Assembly: GCA_030264375.1 (NCBI GenBank)
Contig: JASCQW010000109.1
Span: 44,156,356 to 44,220,355 of the forward strand
Length of the DNA: 64,000 nucleotides
Direction: 5' to 3'
DNA from: Carcharhinus longimanus
Lineage: Eukaryota
Position numbers and translations under genes: made by a program. Each line of letters starts with the position of its first letter. The stretch's first letter is position 1. Under the pieces are notes generated by a model, which saw only the letters and a program-made list of their open reading frames with translations, had not been told where the DNA came from and searched no databases. Positions 37,014 through 48,780 of the stretch are shown piece by piece.

Positions 37014-38942
37014 TTTACATTCAGTTTGTGTTGTGTGAGGGGTCGCTTCAAGAAATGAGCTTTAATTGTCATAATGTGTAGTTCATACCAATTGTATAAA
37101 TCATTTGCAAATTTTCTGACGTTTGATCTTTGATTCAGTTAATTTGGATCCATTTTGTTTTGCTGAATATTGCCCTTTTCTTGTCCATCACCAATTTGTT
37201 TGACCTTTCTTTTCTGGCAAAATTATGAGCCCAGCTGCTGTGGTTTCTATTTCCTCATTGCTTCCTGTTCACCACACTTGCATCACTTTATTTCCCAGAT
37301 CTAAAGCAAGCAATATTTTTTAATTGGACTAGAAATGTATAGATCCATGCAAGTCATGAATGTACCCTATATTATGAAAATTGTTCCCATTTTGACCATT
37401 TGCGACACCTTTGATTCAATTTGTATTAAGATTGGTAAAATCACGTAATATATTTTGTTCTATGTTCTTGCACATCTCTCTGAACCTTCAACAGATCCTT
37501 CCTATTATTTCTCCATTGTTTGGTAATACATACCATTTCCTTCTTGCTCCTTAACTGCCTCCATATCAATTCTATCATGTTGCAAGTGCCAAGAATATTG
37601 TTATGTGATGGAATTCTTGACTGATATGCGTTAGTCCTTCCCAAATTTTTTTCTCTTTCCATTTCCTGAAAATATTCCAGCCAGTAATATTAAGTCCCCT
37701 ATCCTAAGCTCTGACATTGTAACATTAGCGTAATCCTCTGGAGCTTGGGGGCTGTAGTTTGGTCACAACTGATGCACAAATATAAAATAAATAAGTTGGG
37801 GACTCCCTGGGGTCTGTTTGTGAAACTTCAGCTTGAAAACCTATGTGATGGGTAACAATGCATTGATTTCAATGCATATTGTATTCTGGGTTTTATTAAT
37901 AGGGACATAGAGTACATGAGCAAGGAGTTTATGCTGAACTTCTACAACAAGCTTGAAAACCTATATGATGGATATTTATTTTTTAAAAATGTAACCATAT
38001 GTTACAAAATTATTGTACCCAAATAAATGTAAATACATTTTAGTTAAAAAAATGTTATAACAAAGCTTTCTTTGTATTTTAACTACTGTTTACGTGCAAA
38101 TTTAATCCTTGAGAATAAAAGTCCGAAGATAAGTACTTCACTAAACGCTTGTCCTTTCTCTTGGCGGACTAAGTGCATTTTATGAAAACTGGTATTGAGC
38201 ATTTTTAATACTTAAGAAAATCACACTACAGTTGTTCAAGGGGGTGACAGTGGTTTGAAATGGAGGAGAGGAAATGAACAACGGTGTTAATTAAGGGCCA
38301 TGAAGGAAAGTTGGGTGGTCAGTTTGAGTGGGAATGACATTCTGAAACCAGGAATGATTTGGGCGGGGCGTTTAAGAGAGATAAGAGTGAAGTTAAAAGA
38401 GTTGTGTTTCAATGTTTGGAGCTCAGAGAAAGGATAAAAGGTGGGAGGCAGAGAATGAGAGGGACAGCCCAAGGGATGTTAGCCTTAGTGGGCAAGCTGA
38501 AGCAATAGTGGTAGGTGAACCAATGCTCTGTTTTCCCCCTTCCAATTCCATGATCAATTAATTTACTTATCCCATAAGTCAGTCCATCTTTAAAGCGTAC
38601 CTGCTAGCCTTTATCTTCAGAATTCTTCTGAGCAAATGGAATGAGTTGCACAGGATACACCTGAAACATTTTAACACTGTAGTTGTAATATTCGCCTATT
38701 GAGTTCAGCAGTGTAGATCAGAGAAGAAATCTGTTTCATATTTGAATATTCTTTCCTTCCTCCCCTTTTAGCCTCTTTGCCATTCCAGAAGACCCACTTA
38801 GGTTTTGTACAAAATTTTCTTCAATAGAACACTTTCAATTGTGAAGTGTTTTCTGTTGGTCCCCCTCACCTCCAGAGTCTATAAATCTATAATTGGTTTA
38901 TTTTGCTCAAAATTAACACTGATTCTTTAGATTGGCAAATTG

Positions 38943-39365
38943 GTACAACACTCAAGAAGCTCAACAGCATCCAGGACAAAATAGCTCACTTTATTGGCAC
39001 CTTATTTATCACCTTCAACATTCACTCACTCCACAACTGGTGCACAACAGCAAAAGTGTCTGCTATCTACAAGGCTTCTTTGACTGCACCTTCTAAAGCT
39101 GCGACTCTACCCATCTACTAAAACAAAGGCACCAAAAGCACGGGACTGCTAGCATCGGCAGGTTCTCCTTCCAAGTCACATACCATCCTTCCTTGGAAAT
39201 TATATTGATGTTCCTTCATGTTGTTGGGACAAAATCCTGAAACTCCCTTGTGATGTATATGCACTTGTGCCAGATGGAATGCAATAGTTCATGAAGGCAT
39301 CACCTGTGCAAGGGCAATTAGGCAGATGGACAGCTAATGCTGATGTTGCCAATAACGTTCAGCCC
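38943..39365 (+). mobile_element. CR1-group LINE 3' fragment (second family)
   Basis: TTLKKLNSIQDKIAHFIG...IHSLHNWCT; homologous to 41135-41682. Confidence 0.7.
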
Positions 39366-40237
39366 CTAGGGACAATTGCCAGATCAGTTAATTTTGCTGA
39401 TCGCTAGCTGAGGAGAATCTTCCACAATGCAACCTATTTTAGAGCAGTAAATTACAGACCACGTTTCTAAGGATTTCTGTGTTAATCTGTTCATGCCAAT
39501 TTCTGAGGTTGTGATTTGATTCAGAGGGTGATGACTGTGAATGCTGACAGTTTGCCTGGGGAGCATGATATTATTCAACATAATTATTAAATACAAGGAG
39601 CGTAATTGGATTCTATTTTATTAGTAATCTCATAGAATAGAAAGATCAAATGTCTCCTGAGCAACAAAGTAGAATAATTGAACAACATAGGTTGTCTTTG
39701 TCAGTGAGAAGCATTGGAGCCCTCTGTGTGACACAACTTTTAAGAGGTTGGATGACAAAGCCTGGTTCACAGTTGTATTTGTGTTTTCTTAATCAGCAAG
39801 TCTGAAGACTCTCACAACAATATTTTCAACATCTACCATGCAAAACATCTTTATCATGACATTTAATTCCTCAAAAAGCTCATAAAAGCACCAAGATAAA
39901 TTTGGATTATAGGTAAGTAGGTAAAAAGGCAAGATTGAAGTGAATGGAGAAGACTCTTGAGAATCAGTCGCAGGATGAAAAAGGTTACTGATTCACAGTG
40001 AGCCCATTACACACTGCCATCTTGGCAATTTCATCCCACAAAGCCTGCAGACAGTAAACTTCCATTAGCCACAAAATAAACTGAACTCGAGCCATATTCC
40101 AGCCTTTGTTTGCAGTATAATTATGGATGACAAACACCATCTAGCCCAACTCATTTCATCCATCCAGAATAACATGAACATACATATTAGGAGCTGGAGT
40201 AAGCCATGCAGTCCTTCAAGCTGTTCCACCATTTGAT

Positions 40238-40973
40238 AGTAAGAAGTCTCACAACACCAGATTAAAGTCCAACAGGTTTATTTGGTAACAAAAGCCATTA
40301 GCTTTCGGAGCGCTTGCTGCCTCTTCGTCAGGTGAGTGGGAGTTCTATTCACAGGGCATATAAAGACACAAACTCAATTTACAAAATAATGATTGGAATG
40401 CGAGTCTTTACAGGTACTCAAGTGTTAAAGGTACAGAGAATGTGAGTGGAGAGAGCATTAAGCACAGGTTAAAGAGATGTGTATTGTCTCCAGACAGGAC
40501 AGATAGTGAGATTTTGCAAGTCCAGGGAAGTCATGGGGGTTACAGATAGTGTGACATGAACCCAAGATCCCGGTTGAGGCCGTCCTCAAGTGTGCGGAGC
40601 TTGGCTGTCAGTCTCTGCTCAGCGACTCTGTGTTGTCATGTGTTGTGAAGGCTGCCTTGGAGAACGCTTACCTGAAGTTCAGAGGCCGAATGCCTGTGAC
40701 CGCTGAAGCATTCCCCAACAGGAAGAGAACGCTCTTGCCTGTTGATTGTTGAGTGGTGTTCATTCATCTGTTGTCATAGCGTCTGCATAGCCTCCCCAGT
40801 GTACCATGCCTGGGGACATCCTTTCCTGCGTATCAGGTAGACAACATTGGCCAAGTTGCAAGAGTATGCACTGTATACCTGGTGGATGGTGTTCTCACGT
40901 GAGACTTTAACCTGGTGTTGTGAGACTTCTTACTGTGTTTACCCCGGTCCAACACTGGCATCTCCACATCATG
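40238..40973 (-). mobile_element. 5'-truncated Penelope-like element with GIY-YIG endonuclease remnant and inverted partial terminal repeat
   Basis: Minus strand about 40900-40540 reads YSCNLANVVYLIR/KGCPQAWYTGEAMQTL*QQMNEH...LPVGECFSGHRHS...AEQRLTAKLRTLEDGLNRDLGFMSHYL* (with stops and a frameshift); agtaagaagtctcacaacaccagattaaagtc (40238) is mirrored at 40903-40934. Confidence 0.88.
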
Positions 40974-41134
40974 ATTTAAATAGAATAGGGCAGCCATTAA
41001 TGTGATTGCCTTTTTGTATTATAGCTTCCGTTTAGAAGATATTAGAGCAAAAACAACTTGAAATGTCTCAGGAGGGCCAGAGACCCAGGACCCACGCAGG
41101 ACTTCCCCTTGATTCTCTGGTGGGGACCTGGTGT

Positions 41135-41682
41135 AATTCACCTCCTGATTCCCTATAGCCTGTCCACCATCTACAAGGCACAGGCCAGGAGTGTGACAGA
41201 ATGCTCTCCGCCCGCATGGCCTAGTGCAACTCCAACAACGCTCAAAAAACTCAACATCATCCAGAACAAAGCAGCCCGCTTGATTGGCACCCCAACCACA
41301 ACCTTAAACATTAACTTTCTCACCAGCAAAGTATAATGACAGCAGTGTGTACCATTTACAAGACGCACTGCAGCAACACACCAAGGGTCCTTCAACAGCA
41401 CCTTCTAAACCCCTGGTCTTTGCCGCCATGAAGGACAAAGGCAGCAGGTTCATGGGAGCATCACTGCCTTGCAAGTTCAACTCCAAACAATACAGAATCC
41501 TGACTTGGAACTATACCACTATTCCTTCCCCATTGTTGGGTTAAAATCCTGGAACTCCCTTCTTAACAGCACAAAGACAGCAGTGGTTGAAGGAAGTAGC
41601 TCACCATTGCCTTCTCGGGGGAAATTAAGGATGGGCAATAAATGCTGGCCGAGCCAGAAACACCCAGATTCCATGAATGAAT
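41135..41682 (+). mobile_element. CR1-group LINE 3' fragment (second family)
   Basis: LSTIYKAQARSVTECSPPAWPSATPTTLKKLNIIQNKAARLIG; ends gggcaataaatgctggcc...ccatgaatgaataa. Confidence 0.8.
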
Positions 41683-41699
41683 AATGTCCTCCTAGAGTC

Positions 41700-42340
41700 T
41701 GTGAGGGATTGAAGAGGTCATCTTCAATTGAAGAATTGTAGTCCAAAGAAGTTGAATGCAGTTTTGGAAGACATTCACTGATCTGGTGCACCCTGGCAAG
41801 GTGAATATTATCCCCAACCCTCAGGACTGGCTTGAGATATTCAATCACCAGCAGACAGACTAGCTGTGGAATCTCAGGGTGAACAGGCTATGACTGATAC
41901 CTCAAAATGGCTCAGAGCAACAGCTTGGCCACTGATGCACAAAACCTCCAATGAAAAGGAGCAGCTGGTATTGGCCATAAAGATCACACTCTCATTCTGT
42001 TGGAGAAATGGGCTTATAATGTCCGGGGAAGAGTCCAGTGTGGTGGACAGGTCCCCTAGTTTCATTTGATCACAGCCATCTATGAGGAAGCCATGGAAAT
42101 AGCCAGGATCAAGGACCATAAGTTCAAGGCATCATGGGTACTCATGGTGGGATTGGTGATTAGAGTGGTCAATCAGTTCATCAAAGGAGTGTACTCTATT
42201 CCACCCTATCTGACGGCATGCCTGACACTGAATTGCACTTGGAAACCTCAGCACGACAGAGAATTCCACTCTTCAAGGATATCTCCCATGATCTCTTCTT
42301 GTCTCCCACAGGTGCAGATGTCAAGCTGAGGAGCCACCTC
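41700..42340 (+). pseudogene. Probable remnant of a Harbinger Myb/SANT-like DNA-binding ORF
   Basis: About 41734-41800 reads RIVVQRS*MQFWKTFTDLVHPGK followed by a gtgaat donor; later ITAIYEEAMEIAR. This resembles the RT.EQC.KKFNDL...TGGG...LT.YEE.ALEI pattern of these proteins. Confidence 0.4.
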
Positions 42341-42381
42341 CCTCACCAACACTAGACCAAGAGGAACAGTAAAGTTCTGAA

Positions 42382-42703
42382 GGGTGGCACAGTGGTTAAT
42401 ACTACTGCCTCATGGCACCAGAGACCCAGGTTCAATTCCAGCTCTGGATGACTGTCTATATGAGTTTGTATGTTCTCCCCATGTCTGCATGGGTTTCCTC
42501 CGGGTGCTCCGGTTTCCTCCCACAATCCAAAGGTGTGTGGGTTAGGTGAAATGGCTATGCTAAATTGACCCTTAGCGTCCAAAGATGTGTCGATTAGGTG
42601 GATAAACGTGTGGGGTTACAGGCCGGGGTGAAATGATCTTTCAGAGTATTGGTGCAGACTCAATGGGCCAGATGGCCTCCTTCTGCACTGTAGGGATTCT
42701 ATG
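42382..42703 (+). mobile_element. HE1-type SINE, near full length
   Basis: A/B boxes, body, and tail ggtgcagactcaatgggccagatggcctccttctgcactgtagggattctatg. Confidence 0.88.
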
Positions 42704-42929
42704 TTTCGATGAAGCACTGTCATATTTTACTAGTGCACTGTCTACCAATGTAGATACATTCACCTCATTGGGCCCTTGTGCACTGGGTAAATGCATGTCC
42801 CTTAATGTGCAGGAGGAGGCGCCAGAGNNNNNNNNNNNNNNNNNNNNNNNNNNNNNNNNNNNNNNNNNNNNNNNNNNNNNNNNNNNNNNNNNNNNNNNNN
42901 NNNNNNNNNNNNNNNNNNNNNNNNNNNAT

Positions 42930-44593
42930 CATTTTAACCTCTCTGGTGCCAACCCTCAATATACCATAAACGGCATCTGCTTCTTTTAGGTTAATGACAT
43001 TCTGGGGATTGTGTCAATCAGACGTGTGCCAGCAGTTTACGGAAAATATAGATTGAATTGTTTGAATGAATTTTTCAGAAAAGAATGGTATAAGGGACAT
43101 AAATTCAAAAAAACCTCAAGTCAAAAACCGCATTGTTTCCCCTTCTTGCAGAAGCTGTTATACAAGTCATGTTATGCACTGTGGATTTATCACCTAAATT
43201 GGAAAAATTAATAAATAAGGAATTTCAACAGTAAAAGTGTGACATTCCCACCACAGGTTAACTCCCACTTCCCTAACCTTCCATTCCTACAACACCCCAC
43301 AATCTCCTTTCCACCTTCCCAGAAGCCCTGAAACTCCATCCCACACCCGTTCTACACCCCCTTACCCAAATCCAATTTGTTCTAAAATAGAGATTTCATT
43401 TATCATTTTTCAAACAGGAAGACTCTTAATTGCTGTGCTGCTGCAGCTGAAGTTTGCACTGGTTTTCTGGTGGGCTTTTCAAAAAAGAATCTGAACCACA
43501 AAGTTGTCGAGAACAGCAGCGCTGAACAACATCTTTTCCAGGGTTAGAAGAGACAGTCGAGCTATGAGACCCCATCCTGAGAGAGAGTGGCAAGGTCAAT
43601 CCCTTGCTCCAGCCCAAGCTCATCCAACCTCCAGGACTCTTAGTGGACCCTCCATCTGCAGCTTGACAAACATCACCTCTCCATTCAACATGCCTTGTGC
43701 ATGTTGGTCATGACCAACACCAAATCCTGCCCAATGAAGTTCCTGCTGGGGAAGTGGATGAATAGCAGGAGGCCATTGAATGGGCCATCCAACCTGCTAA
43801 TTATATTACAATCAGCGGGTTTCTATAATTATAGGGTTCTCTCTCACTCTGAGGGCTGGGCTGGGTGAAACCGAAAGCGTTCACACCTGGCGGAGATCCC
43901 ATTTTAAGCCGATGCCCCATTCAATGGGTGATCGGGATTCCCATCAGCAGCAAACAGGTCCGGAGAATCCCTTCTCCTCTGTCTGCTTAGGCTGGGGACA
44001 ACAAGAAATTCAGTTCAAAGTAACAAGCCCAGTGTCTTTCCACTGCCTTCCCCACCCCCCAACCTGAGGCCACGTGTGTACCACTTTTTCCTGAACCTTG
44101 GTCGACCAATATTTATTCTTATATAATAGAAGTCCCACACTGCAGAAAGAGGCCATCTGGCCCATCGGGTTTGCATAGTATCTCCAAAAGGGTATCCTAC
44201 CTAGGTCCTCCCTTCCACCTTGCCCATGTAACCCCACACATTTACCATGGTTAATCCACTTAACCCGCACATCTTTGGACGCTATGGAGCAATTTAGCTT
44301 GGAGAACCCACCTGCACATCTTTAGGCGGTAAATCCACAGTGTATAACATGATTTGTATAACAGATTCTGCAAGAAGGAGAAACAATCCAGTTTTTGACT
44401 TGAGGTTTTTTTTGGAATTTATGTCCATTGTACCATTCTTTTCTGAAAAATTCATTCAAACAATTCAATCTATACTTTCCCTAAACTGCTGGCACACATC
44501 TGATTGACACTTTACCCAGAAGTTGTCATTAACCCAGAAGAAGCAGATGCCGTTTATGGTATATTGTGGGTTGGCACCAGAGAGGTTAAAATG
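42930..44593. repeat. About 270-bp inverted repeat pair (42930-43198 and 44321-44593)
   Basis: cattttaacctctctggtgccaacc...gtggatttatcacctaaa is reverse-complemented with scattered substitutions; both outer ends abut 100-N gaps. Confidence 0.95.
44126..44323 (-). mobile_element. HE1-type SINE, 3' part
   Basis: Tail cactgcagaaagaggccatctggcccatcgggtttgca through cctgcacatcttt, where it stops. Confidence 0.8.
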
Positions 44594-44865
44594 GCNNNNN
44601 NNNNNNNNNNNNNNNNNNNNNNNNNNNNNNNNNNNNNNNNNNNNNNNNNNNNNNNNNNNNNNNNNNNNNNNNNNNNNNNNNNNNNNNNNNNNNNNAAGAC
44701 TGTATTAGCTACGGAGTTGAACTGTTTTGTAAATGTAGTAATTTTTTGTAGCCATTTCCCTAACATCAGTTGATTGCTCTGTAATTAATCATCCTTAGAG
44801 TATCATCATCGGGCCTCCAAATTCACCATTTCTATAGTCATTCTCCCTGCTACATTTTAAAATTA

Positions 44866-44957
44866 GATTTGATTTTTAAAATTTGATTTATTATTGTCAC
44901 ATGTATTAACATACAGTGAACAGTATTGTTTCTTGCATGCTATACAGATAAAACATA
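44866..44957 (-). mobile_element. Rex1 3' terminal fragment
   Basis: atttgatttattattgtcacatgtattaacatacagtgaacagtattgtttcttgcatgctatacaga matches 13365-13432. Confidence 0.75.
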
Positions 44958-45080
44958 TGGGAGGAAATCAGAAACTCACACAGACACTGGGAGAACAAAC
45001 AAACTCCACAGTCACCCAAGGTTGGAATTGAACCGGAGTCCTTGGCATTGTGAGGCAGCTGTGCTAACCACTGTGTCACC
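44958..45080 (-). mobile_element. HE1-type SINE, 5' part
   Basis: tgggaggaaa...ggaattgaacc...gtgaggcagctgtgctaaccactgtgtcacc. Confidence 0.8.
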
Positions 45081-47778
45081 CAAAGCTGTTCGTATAGTCA
45101 GTTATTTCTCCTTTTTAAGTGGAGGGGATGTTTTTCGCCAATTAACTGCATTATTATTCATTAATGACCTAACAAGTAATAGTTTAGCTGTAAAGATCGC
45201 TAAGATATAATGAATATGAACAATATTGTATAAATCCATGTTCAGTCATTCTTGGTTTAATCTGAGAATTAGAATATCATTTAATGAGTTAATGAACATT
45301 ATAGTGGCTCTCGAAATCATAAGGAATGCAAAGCCTATTCATGGAAGTGACCAAGAGGAACTTAAAAGAATAGGTCATGATAAAATTCTAAATTTGCAGT
45401 AATGAGGCACTGTATTTGAACCTGCAGTCCTCTCAAATATCTGGAGTATGGTATTTTCCTTAAAGTGCCCCTACTAGAAGCGTACAAATTAGTTATGTCA
45501 TAAACTTGTCTGAAATTATTTAGAATCCTTTACTGAAGACAGTTATTAAAGTGGCCTAATTGAGATGCATTGTAAATACAGGCCCGAAAGGAGCAAAATG
45601 TTGCTAATTAAACAATTGTGACTTGTTATTTAATTGACAATTTTATAATATGGAATAAGTTACAGATTTTGAACAGCTGATAATAATCTTATCAATGCTC
45701 TGGAAGGATAAATGGGCAATCTTACTCTTTTTTTAAATGAAATAACCTAAATGATAGGTTATATCAAGTTTGGAAAAGGAAATTAAGGAACAAATTAATG
45801 TCACAAGTTAATGGATTGAGTAATGTATGGAATTGCAAGTCAATTCTAAGCAGAACAGGAATTAGCCATAATCAAAGTAAAACCAGAACCAGATATTAGG
45901 AATACAGAACTTGCTCAAAATTTGTTTTTATTGGAAATCATGTAGTTCAGTTTCTCTGAATCCAAACATAATGAGTGTCAGCATTACATCGACTACAATC
46001 TTTCGAATTTCACTTGCAGCAAAGCTGGTGAGTGGTGTTGGGTATTAGATTGGGAGTGTGTTCTTATGATTTCTCATAAGTTCCTGGTTTCACTAGGTTA
46101 GTCAGGGAGTGATTATAAAATTTCTGCTAAATTATGCCACCTGCGCAAATATATGGAACAGTATGGCTTATTGAATGGTACTATTACAACCAGTTAAAGT
46201 ATATACCATTTTTGCACTAGACCAAGACTATGTACTATGTAGGAACAAATGCACCATGTGGCAATCTAATCCCAAGATAGTACAAAGCCATTAATCATGA
46301 GCTGATAAATCCAAACTGTGGGAAATGAAATGAAAAGCACAGACAGGCATCTTCCATCAACAGCAGAGTTTGTCGGCTCTTGACCATCCAATTAGTCCTA
46401 TACTTTGCAACCAAACAAAGCCACAAACTGACATTCTTAGTATGTGTCCATGCTGAACCAATTTCTAAACTTTGCTGCATTCCTGAACACTGCACTTGGC
46501 AGCCCAAACATGCCACCACTATATTTTAAAAAAAGACCTTTCTAGTACATTCATCAAGTGTTACAAATGATCCATAAAGATTAACTAGGACAAAATTCCT
46601 TCTAACGTTATGGTTCCTGACTGCACAGAAACTGTAATTTTTGAAATATATTTAGGAAGAACAACCAGGCAATGGAATAAACATTTTATTGCATCTTTCA
46701 TGAACAGCTAAATCCTTTTAATATTCATTGGAATTGTAGCATTTAGTTTGCTGTTTTGATGAACCCAGCCACCCCAACAAAAATACTACTTAGTCTGAAG
46801 TCAAGTCAACAATATTCTACTGTGTCACAACAGAATAAAGAAACATCTGCAGTAGGCCTAGGGCAGTACACTTGGAGGTGGACTGTTGCTTGGTGGGTGG
46901 TGGTGGAGATGGGATTGGAACACCAGTTTAAGGATTCTGGCATTGCAAACAGTCTAGTTCAGCCTGGAACGCTGGCAGTGGGGTGGTCGAATTGATGGAG
47001 AATGAAAAGAATTTGTGACACAACCTGAAGATGATGGATTTGGTCTTCCCAATGCTTATTCACAGGAAATTGCAGATGAAGCAATATTAGATGTTGATCA
47101 AGTAGTTTGACAACACAGTGTAGTCCAAAGAGGGGAGGGTGAGAAATTTTATGTAAAAAAGGGTATTGTTTACTAATATCAGCTTCTTTATTGACCAGGA
47201 GAAAATTGACCGGTCAGCAGGCCTAGGGTCAAATCCGAATGTTGATTTTGTGGATTGTGGATTTGGAGTGGGCATGTGGGAAGACAAGATATAAACTGGA
47301 GAAATATAAGAACTTTGGGCATAAGGGCTTCTTTGGTGGAGACTTGGCAGTTGAACAAATCGTCTTAATCTTAGTGACACAGAATTCTGAGCTCCTTGCA
47401 ATTGGTGTTGGAGGTGAGGTTGAAGGGGCAGGAAAGGGGTTTAAAGGGAAATTAATAGTAGAAAAAAGATGAGTATTATCAAGGGCCATGACAGAATTGA
47501 AATGTCTCTAAACTTTTCTCCCAACCTCTTCATGTTGCTCCTCTATCTTTTTAAAACACTCTTTTAAAATCCTCATCTTGATCATTCATTTTGTAATCTT
47601 TTCTAATTTCTGTTTATTTGATTCAGTGGCCGTTTTCCTTTATTCTTCCATGAGGTACTTTAGAGGCACAGTTATTTTAAGTTGTTCTGAAATACACAAG
47701 TAATATGAACAGGAGTAGACTTTATGTCCCATCAAGGTTGCACCTCTGATTGATATGATCAAGGCTGATCTTCGCTTT

Positions 47779-48200
47779 GGCTGGGATTCTCCCAAAAATA
47801 TTCTGTGCCGAATTTGCATTAAAACAGGAGTAAGTCCCGCTGGCATTTTAGCGGGATTTTCAAAATGAATCTTCCACACTCTGTGCATCACAGAGTGCTC
47901 CAGAGAGATTCACACTGAAAATCTTGGAGTGAGGCCTACTCCCACTGGAGAAGCTGGCAGCATAGTGCTGAGCGGGCCACTGTTTATGTGCCAATCTGTC
48001 AGCACTGAGATTGGCACATGCAAGGGGAATTGATAACTCATATCAGCTACCTTGTTGATCAGGAAAATATTGAGCACTGCCAGCTTGACTGCTGGCCTCC
48101 CCCACAACTCCCCGTCACCACCCTTCTGACCTCCCTCCACTCCCCCACCTGCTGATTGCTGGCATCCTGGACCAACCCCCGAGTCTGTCTGTCTATCTAT

Positions 48201-48260
<60 letters not shown>

Positions 48261-48780
48261 GTCACCGTCTTGCGTGTTCTCTCTCTGTCTCTAACCAGCC
48301 TCTGCCCACGTTCCACCGATTCCTGACAGAGTGGCAGGACCTCCCCACCGCAATAATTGCCCCACAGCCTTGCCACTGCCCAGTGGGCAGTGCCAAGGTG
48401 CCCCTTGGATAGTGTCAGGCTAGGTTGGCACTGCCAGGCTGGCACTACCAGGCTAGCAGTGCTCAGGGGACATCCCCTTACCTGTGCCCTCCTGGCAGGT
48501 CTCACTTCACTCCAGCGGGGTTGACTGTCAGTTCCCCATTAGTGGGAAGCTGTTGTAAGCCTCTGGAGTGAACAACTCCTGCACTGGGGGAGACGCTAGC
48601 GGGCCCAGAAACTTCAGGCCCTGGCCTACTAATGATGTTAAAGTCTGGATTTTACTATTTAAATCAGCTCTACATTGATTTCCTGGAGCTGATGACTCTG
48701 GAGATCCTGGAGACATGAGGAGACCATCGTGCCAAGCGGGAAGCCCACCAAACTTCCTCTGCTGATGTCTCCCCCTCAAA
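47779..48780. mobile_element. GC-rich non-autonomous element containing a (CT)n microsatellite
   Basis: ggctgggattctcccaaaaatattc left end; shared gggcagtgccaaggtgccc and gctagcgggcccagaaacttcagg blocks. Confidence 0.7.
48205..48260 (+). repeat. (CT)n microsatellite
   Basis: Directly visible dinucleotide run. Confidence 0.95.
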
